From: an uncultured delta proteobacterium
GTDB taxonomy: Bacteria > Desulfobacterota > RBG-13-43-22
Length of the DNA stretch: 64,000 nucleotides
Reading direction: 5' to 3'
Assembly: GCA_963743305.1 (NCBI GenBank)
Contig: CAVUPH010000006.1
Coordinates: 32,001-96,000, forward strand
Within the stretch, counting starts at the first letter, position 1. The number at the start of each line of letters is the position of its first letter. The notes beneath the pieces are model-generated. The model saw only the letters and a list, made by a program, of their open reading frames with translations. It did no database searches and was not told where the DNA came from. Of the stretch, positions 58,265 to 64,000 are shown piece by piece. The position numbers and the translations under genes are program-made.

Positions 58265-59080
58265 TCACTCCTTTTCCCGACAGAGTCCCTTGGGCGGCAA
58301 CGCCGTAGAGGGCAGGACCCCGGTTTTGATCTGCTGACACATAAGCTCGACAAAATACGAATGATCAAAGCACTTCCGGAACTCCTCGGTTTCCACGCGG
58401 AGCCCCTCTGAAAGCGGCCGGTCCTGGGAAGCCCGGACGGCCTTTTTGGCCTGGGCCAGGGCGTAGGCCGGGCTTTTTAAGATGGGCTTTAGAAATTTGG
58501 CCGTTTCACTCAGGAGTTCTTCGGCCGGAACCAGGGTGTGAATCAGATTCAACTCCAGGGCCTCTTTCGCCGGGTAAAGGCGTCCGCTCAGGATCATCTC
58601 CAGGGCCCGGCCCAGACCCACCACCCGGGGCAGACGCTGGGTCCCTCCCCCGCCCGGGATCAACCCCACCTTCACCTCGGGGAGCCCGATGCGGGCCCGG
58701 TCCCCGGCGATGCGGAAATCGCAGGCCAGGGCCAATTCATAGCCGCCCCCGAAACAGAGGCCGTTGATCGCCGCCACCAGGAGCAAGGGACTGGCCTCCA
58801 TGCGGTTAAATAAATTTTGAATGCGGCGGGAAAAGACCGCGGCTTCGTCCGGGTGGCACTGCATCATTTCGACGCCGTCGGCCCCGCCGATAAAATAGGT
58901 CTTGCCGGCCCCGGTAATCACCGCCGCCCGGGCCGGGGTACCCTCCGCCTCCGTCAGCGCCTGGTCCAGTTCAGCCATGAGCGCCGAGTTGATGGAGTTC
59001 CGGTCTTTTAGCCGATTGACGGTCAGCCAGCAGATGTCTTCCCGGTACTCGACCAGCAATAAGGAATATTTTTTCGACAT
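58265..59080 (-). CDS. enoyl-CoA hydratase/isomerase (crotonase)
   Basis: GGGYELALACD and GLPEVKVGLIPGGGGTQRL; both catalytic Glu positions are present. Confidence 0.92.
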   Translation of the reverse strand: MSKKYSLLLVEYREDICWLTVNRLKDRNSINSALMAELDQALTEAEGTPARAAVITGAGKTYFIGGADGVEMMQCHPDEAAVFSRRIQNLFNRMEASPLLLVAAINGLCFGGGYELALACDFRIAGDRARIGLPEVKVGLIPGGGGTQRLPRVVGLGRALEMILSGRLYPAKEALELNLIHTLVPAEELLSETAKFLKPILKSPAYALAQAKKAVRASQDRPLSEGLRVETEEFRKCFDHSYFVELMCQQIKTGVLPSTALPPKGLCREKE

Positions 59081-59147
59081 TGGTTTTCTCTTTTGCCCTC
59101 GGGCCCTCTGCGGGCACTCCCGGAGCCTGAGAATTTCGATATTCGTC

Positions 59148-59900
59148 TCAAATCACCCACCCCCCGTTGGGGCTGAAAATCTGCCCGGTAAAGAAGTCCG
59201 ACTCCGGGGAGGCCAGGTAGGCCACCAATCCTCCGATTTCCGCGGGTTCACCCAGCCGTTTCAACGGCGTTCTTTTGAGGACGTACTCCTCGAAACCTTC
59301 GGGGAGACCGTCCAACATCGGGGTCTCGATGTAGCCCGGGGCGATCACATTGACCCGGATATTGTATTTGGCCGCCTCCAGGGCCAGGGTTTTGCCCAGC
59401 ATGTTGACCCCTCCCTTGGAGGCACTGTAATGCAGGGAACCCGGCGTCGGGGTCAACGAGGCCACCGAACTGAACAGGATGAGGCGACCGGTCCGGTGCT
59501 CCTTCATCCAACGAACCGCCTCCCGGCAGCAGTAAAACACCCCGTCCAGGTTAACGGACATCACCCTCCGCCATTCGTCGTCATCCAGCTCCTCGATGGA
59601 GGCGGTCCGTCCTAGAATCGCTGCCGTCTGCACCATGATGTCCAGACCTTCGGCCTGGCCCCTCAGGACGGCAAACAGCTCCCGCACGGATTCACTGCGA
59701 GAGACGTCCACCCGGAAGGCGTCGGCCCGGCCGCCAGACTCCCGGATGGCTTGAACCGTTTCGCGGGCGGTTTCCACCTGCAGATCGGCCACGAATACCC
59801 TGATCCCCTGCAAGGCCAAGGTCCCGGCCGCCGCCCGACCCATACCGGAACCGCCGCCCACTACCAGGGCTGTCTCCGCAGGTTTAGTTTTCAAGGCCAA
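59148..59900 (-). CDS. SDR oxidoreductase (FabG-like)
   Basis: GGGSGMG, YSASK and NVIAPG motifs. Confidence 0.9.
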   Translation of the reverse strand: MALKTKPAETALVVGGGSGMGRAAAGTLALQGIRVFVADLQVETARETVQAIRESGGRADAFRVDVSRSESVRELFAVLRGQAEGLDIMVQTAAILGRTASIEELDDDEWRRVMSVNLDGVFYCCREAVRWMKEHRTGRLILFSSVASLTPTPGSLHYSASKGGVNMLGKTLALEAAKYNIRVNVIAPGYIETPMLDGLPEGFEEYVLKRTPLKRLGEPAEIGGLVAYLASPESDFFTGQIFSPNGGWVI

Positions 59901-59956
59901 TTTTTCCTAATTGCCTTAAGCGCCAAAAGGTCTTGAAATGCAAATCGATCCAACAA

Positions 59957-60703
59957 TCAGATATCCCTTCCTTTTTCATAGACCCGGGCCGGTTTGTCCG
60001 TAGGGAAAATTACCAGGCGGTCAGAATCCAGTTGGTCCAGAATGCCCCGGGCAACCTCCTCGGGGGTATCCATAAAGCTTTGGTATTTTTCAATCGCCGG
60101 GGCCATCTCCCTGGCCCCCGAAGAGGCGTTGAAGAATTCGGTGGCGGTCAGGTGGGGGCAGATGGCCAGGACGCGGATACCCGTTCCGGCCAGGTCCCGG
60201 ACCAACCCGCGGGAAAAGCCCAGGAGCGCGTGTTTGCTGGCCACGTAGGCGGATACTTTGTCCGAATGGGCCAGCAATCCCCCGATGGAGGCCAGGTTGA
60301 TGATGAGCCCTTCCCCCTGGGCCTGCATAATTTTTAGGGCCCCCCGGGTCAGCAGCACCGGAGCGAAGAAGTTGATTTCAAACAGCCGCCGCCACTGTTC
60401 TTCGCTAGTATCCATAAAAGGACCGTAGGCCCCGAGTCCGGCATTGTTGACCAGGATGTCCAGTCGCCCCCAGCGTTCCAGCGTTCTTTCTAGAATATCC
60501 CGGCGGCCTTGGGGGTCGGTCACATCGGCCGTGACGCTGAGGTGTTCACCGGGGCATGCGGCGGCCACCGCTTCCAGCTTTTCTTTTCTGCGGGCCGTCA
60601 GGGTAACCCGGGCCCCGGCCCGTGATAATCCTTTGCTCAGGGCGGCGCCTATGCCGGAGCTGGCCCCGGTAATGACTGCGATTTTACCCTCGAGATCGAA
60701 CAC
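59957..60703 (-). CDS. SDR oxidoreductase
   Basis: TGASSGIG, NNAG and YVASK motifs. Confidence 0.9.
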   Translation of the reverse strand: MFDLEGKIAVITGASSGIGAALSKGLSRAGARVTLTARRKEKLEAVAAACPGEHLSVTADVTDPQGRRDILERTLERWGRLDILVNNAGLGAYGPFMDTSEEQWRRLFEINFFAPVLLTRGALKIMQAQGEGLIINLASIGGLLAHSDKVSAYVASKHALLGFSRGLVRDLAGTGIRVLAICPHLTATEFFNASSGAREMAPAIEKYQSFMDTPEEVARGILDQLDSDRLVIFPTDKPARVYEKGRDI

Positions 60704-60738
60704 GGATCAATTCCCGGGTTGATAATTTTTTTTAGAAA

Positions 60739-60791
60739 CTGACAGGTGAACCAACTGTCAGATATTTATCAGCGACTCCTTAGGCTGTCAA
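60739..60791 (-). promoter_or_regulatory. promoter and palindromic operator of the catabolic operon
   Basis: TTGACA on the minus strand at 60791-60786, an AT-rich -10 near 60768, then CTGACAG-N9-CTGTCAG at 60739-60761. Confidence 0.7.
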
Positions 60792-60817
60792 TAAAAAAAT
60801 ATAGGAACCGATTTTTT

Positions 60818-62083
60818 TCAAGGAGCCTGGAGGCCCTCCAATACCCATTGGGCCAATTCGTTCAAGAGCGCCGGGGGAAGTTCCACCTGGGGATAGGAAT
60901 TCCAAACCAACCACTTTAAACCGATCAAGTGATTGAGCCCCATGAGGGAGCGGGCCAGAAAAGGCACTGGCAACGTTCGGATCTCCCCTCGTTTTACCCC
61001 CTCCCGCAGTCCGGAAACATAGCCCGCGGCCAACTTTTTATAGTACCACATGCCCGTCTCCAGACCCACGGTTTCACTTTCCCCCACCACCCGATAGATC
61101 CGGCTGTGTTGCCGCAGGAACCGAAAAAAGGTCACCAAGCCCTCCCGCTCCATATCGCGCCGGTCGGCCAGACCCTCCGTGGCCCGTTTCAGGGTCCGGC
61201 GCAATTCCCGGCTCAAATAGCGGACAAAGCCTTCGAGCAGATCCCTTTTGCTTTTGAAGTGAATGTAAAAAGTCCCCTGCGCCACCCCTGCCGAACGGGT
61301 AATTTCGGAAATAGTGGCCCGGTTGAACCCGTACTGACCAAATACGGTTTCGGCGGCCTGGAATAAGGCCCGCTTGGTCATCTGACCCTGGGCGGCGTCC
61401 TCCACCGCCTCCGGAATGTCTTCCGGTTTCCGCACCGAGGAAGAGGGCGACAGGTCCTTGGGCCGGCCCCACGGCTTGGTCCCACTAATTCCCTGTAGAA
61501 TCAGCGCTACCGTCAAGGCGACCAAGCGGTCCGACCGGTAGGCTTCGGTTTTCGGCCCCCAATCCAGGGTATTAAAATAGACCATCCCGATGAGACCGTA
61601 GGTGATCAGGTTCGGATCAAAAGGACGGATGGTGCCCAGCCCGGCTTCCCGCCGGAAGAAGTTTCGATAGAAGCGGGCCATCGAATCGTAGTAACCGATG
61701 GTCACCGAATCGATGAGTTCAAATTCGCCCAGTATGCGGTGGAAATAAAAATGGCTGGAAATATGGTCATAGAGGAGCTGGACCACCCAGGTCAGGCGCT
61801 CCTCCAGACTTCGGAGTCCCGGCGGCAAACCTTCCGCCTTTTCCCAAAAGCGGGAGATGATCAGGTCATTCAGTTCCAGGAAAATCTGTTCCTTGTTCTT
61901 GAAATACTGATAGAAGGTCCCGATGGAGACCCCGCAGCGGCGGGTGATTTCCGAGACGGAGGTTTGGTAATACCCCAGATCCTTGAAGACCTCCTGGGCT
62001 GAGTCCAGGATCGCGGCCCGGGTGTTCAGGCCTTTGGACTTCAAGGAACGACGCGCTGGTGGGTTTTTAGTCGATGGGGGCAT
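60818..62083 (-). CDS. double (tandem) TetR/AcrR-family regulator
   Basis: Two HTH motifs, SEITRRCGVSIGTFYQYF and SEITRSAGVAQGTFYIHF. Start placed at MPPSTK, below the second operator. Confidence 0.9.
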   Translation of the reverse strand: MPPSTKNPPARRSLKSKGLNTRAAILDSAQEVFKDLGYYQTSVSEITRRCGVSIGTFYQYFKNKEQIFLELNDLIISRFWEKAEGLPPGLRSLEERLTWVVQLLYDHISSHFYFHRILGEFELIDSVTIGYYDSMARFYRNFFRREAGLGTIRPFDPNLITYGLIGMVYFNTLDWGPKTEAYRSDRLVALTVALILQGISGTKPWGRPKDLSPSSSVRKPEDIPEAVEDAAQGQMTKRALFQAAETVFGQYGFNRATISEITRSAGVAQGTFYIHFKSKRDLLEGFVRYLSRELRRTLKRATEGLADRRDMEREGLVTFFRFLRQHSRIYRVVGESETVGLETGMWYYKKLAAGYVSGLREGVKRGEIRTLPVPFLARSLMGLNHLIGLKWLVWNSYPQVELPPALLNELAQWVLEGLQAP

Positions 62084-62093
62084 GTAGCGGTAC

Positions 62094-62116
62094 CTTAAAG
62101 GTGAATCACCTTTCAT
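62094..62116. promoter_or_regulatory. second copy of the operator, upstream of the TetR gene
   Basis: CTTAAAGGTGAATCACCTTTCAT has a perfect AAAGGTGA-A-TCACCTTT core and matches 60739-60761 at 17 of 23 positions. Confidence 0.65.
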
Positions 62117-62174
62117 ATATACCAAAATTAAGCCCTGGGCAACAAAATTTTAGACCGGACTACGGAACAGGAGA

Positions 62175-64000
62175 CTAGAAAGCCCGAGCGCAGGTGCGCC
62201 GGATGATCTCCTCTTTCATCTCGGGCAGGAGGTCGTTGAAGTAGGCGGAATATCCGGATACCCTGACCAGGAGGTGGGGGTAGGCCCGGGGATCGTCCCG
62301 GGCGGCGATCAGGACCGCTGGATCGATCACGTTGAGTTGAACCTGCATGCCTCCCCTCCGGAAATAGGTCCGCAACAGGTTTTGAACGGACTGCCGGCCG
62401 GTTTCCCCCCGCATCGTCTCCGGGCTGAACATGAGATTCAGGTTGACCCCGTTGGCGCAAAGCCGGGCATCCAGGCGGTTGACGGAATTCAGCAGGGCCG
62501 TCGGGCCCTTCCGGTCCCGCCCGTTGGCCGGCGCCAGGCCGGAGGCGAAGGCCTCCCCCTTTTTCCGCCCGCTGGGTAGGGCTCCGGTGACCTTCCCGAA
62601 ATAGTGATGAGCGGTTACCGAATAAACCCCGGTGGTGTAGGCCCCGCCGCGCGTATTTCTCTGACCCTGAAGGAACCCGCTGAAGGTTTCTAGGACATAG
62701 CGGGTAGCAGCATCCACCTCCTCCAAGTCGTTGCCATATTTCCCTAGACCCTGCAGATAGGCCGTCAGGGAAGGATCGGGCAGGTTCTTTTTTAATTGCG
62801 CTACCAGATCCGGGAGACTCAGCCTGCCATCCCTGAAGACGGCCCGCTCAACGGCATAGAGGGAATCCCCCGCATCCGCCGGCCCCACGCACTGGATCCC
62901 GGAAAAGTTATAGCGGGCCCCCCCGGCGGTGGAACAGCGACCCTTTTCCAGGCAGCCGTCGAGCAGGAGACTGGTGAACGGGGTCGGATGATAAAGCGTA
63001 TTGGCCCTTTCGACGGCCTGAAGGTCCTGAAGCAGGCGCTTAAGACCCTGGTCCAGTTGGATCTCAAAGGCCTTTTTTACCTCGGCCATGGACTGCAGCG
63101 CGGCCGGGGGCGGGGTCTTCGCCCCGATTCGCCCCCCTCCCCCGAAGCGCCGACCCTCGTTCAAAGCCAGTTCGAGCATAATCGGCACATTGAACAGCGC
63201 CGCGTCGGTGGAAGACAGGCTCTTCCCCTGGGAGACGGGCTCCACGCAGCCCACGGCGGTATAATTGCGCGCATCTTCCGGGGTGTAGCCGTTTTTCACC
63301 ATCGTCTCGACAATGACGTCATCATTATACAGGGCTGGGGAGTTGCTCCCCCCGGACAACACGGTGAACACTTTCTCCAGGTACTCCGCCGGGGCTTTTC
63401 GGTGAATCCGGGCATGGTAGTTGGGTTGCCGCATCCGGAGTTCGTCCATCACCTCCAGGAAGATGAAAGAAAGCGCGTTGCTGGAGTCGGCTCCCTTCCG
63501 GTCCGTGCCGCCCACGGTCACTACCTGGCCGTTGAACTGGCCTCCGTGAAAACGGGTGATCGGCCCGGAAAAAATCGGGACGATCTCCGCCATCTTGATC
63601 GAAAAGGCGGCGATAAGTTCCTTGGCTTTTTCACGGGAGAGTCCGCCGTCCAGCCGGTCTTTTTCGTAATAAGGATAGAGATAGCCATCCATTCTCCCGG
63701 GTGAATTGCCGTTGTCCAGGCTTTCCAGGTTAATGGCGATCTGGGCGAAAAAGAGGCTTTGCAACGCTTCCCGAAAGGTGGCGGCCGGCCCGCGCGGCAC
63801 CCGGCGGCAGACCTCGGCCAGGTCAAGCAACTCCTGACGCCGCTCGGGATCCCGCTCCTGCCGAGCCGTTTCCAGCGCACAGGCAGCGTACCGTTCCCCG
63901 AATTCTACCATTCCCCGGGCGATAATCTTAATGGCCTCATAAAAGGTCCAGGCCGTCGAACCGGCCGGGACCGCCGGCTGCCGCTCTTCGACCTCGGCGA
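62175..64000 (-). CDS. glycyl radical enzyme (non-PFL, eliminase/dehydratase-like); 5' part lies outside the window
   Basis: GCVEP Cys loop, RVSGYSAYF glycyl radical loop and SPGRMD. The frame stays open from 63911 to the window edge. Confidence 0.92.
   Translation of the reverse strand, partial: AEVEERQPAVPAGSTAWTFYEAIKIIARGMVEFGERYAACALETARQERDPERRQELLDLAEVCRRVPRGPAATFREALQSLFFAQIAINLESLDNGNSPGRMDGYLYPYYEKDRLDGGLSREKAKELIAAFSIKMAEIVPIFSGPITRFHGGQFNGQVVTVGGTDRKGADSSNALSFIFLEVMDELRMRQPNYHARIHRKAPAEYLEKVFTVLSGGSNSPALYNDDVIVETMVKNGYTPEDARNYTAVGCVEPVSQGKSLSSTDAALFNVPIMLELALNEGRRFGGGGRIGAKTPPPAALQSMAEVKKAFEIQLDQGLKRLLQDLQAVERANTLYHPTPFTSLLLDGCLEKGRCSTAGGARYNFSGIQCVGPADAGDSLYAVERAVFRDGRLSLPDLVAQLKKNLPDPSLTAYLQGLGKYGNDLEEVDAATRYVLETFSGFLQGQRNTRGGAYTTGVYSVTAHHYFGKVTGALPSGRKKGEAFASGLAPANGRDRKGPTALLNSVNRLDARLCANGVNLNLMFSPETMRGETGRQSVQNLLRTYFRRGGMQVQLNVIDPAVLIAARDDPRAYPHLLVRVSGYSAYFNDLLPEMKEEIIRRTCARAF

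Noticed and set aside
62175-64000. Calling the GRE pyruvate formate-lyase (pflB)
   Set aside because: It has a single-Cys GCVEP loop, not the adjacent Cys-Cys of true PFL.

Overview
Bacterial chromosomal window, probably from an anaerobic Desulfobacterota ('deltaproteobacterial') genome. This is inferred from the tetrahaem cytochrome c3, a Desulfovibrio-type 7Fe ferredoxin, a DVU0772-like protein and delta-type Fur boxes. Left to right: a Fur-controlled fur-feoB-Cys-rich peptide-DtxR-like operon; a polysaccharide deacetylase and a long TPR lipoprotein; a decayed toxin-antitoxin remnant; a LipS1/LipS2-type lipoate assembly operon; and an unusual signalling/envelope locus. That locus encodes an FHA-cNMP-degenerate sigma54 AAA+-polyferredoxin membrane protein, a Hanks Ser/Thr kinase with duplicated TPR modules, and three secreted LysM proteins that all end in FGPK-stop. 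Housekeeping and redox genes follow (rlmE, radC, tatA, cytochrome c3, ferredoxin, pxpA, tRNA-Phe, rsmE, prmA, larB, a CCA-type nucleotidyltransferase, ppdK), together with a secreted LTD/C39-like peptidase. The window ends in a ~19 kb catabolic cluster: a glycyl radical enzyme, a double TetR with two matching operators, SDRs, a crotonase, two acyl-CoA ligases, a Liv-type ABC transporter and two FabH-like paralogues with complementary loss of catalytic residues. Several genes in the first 22 kb carry single-base frameshifts, mostly in homopolymer runs and most likely sequencing errors. No CRISPR array, rRNA, prophage or intact transposase was seen. All family assignments come from motif recognition by eye; no database search was run.
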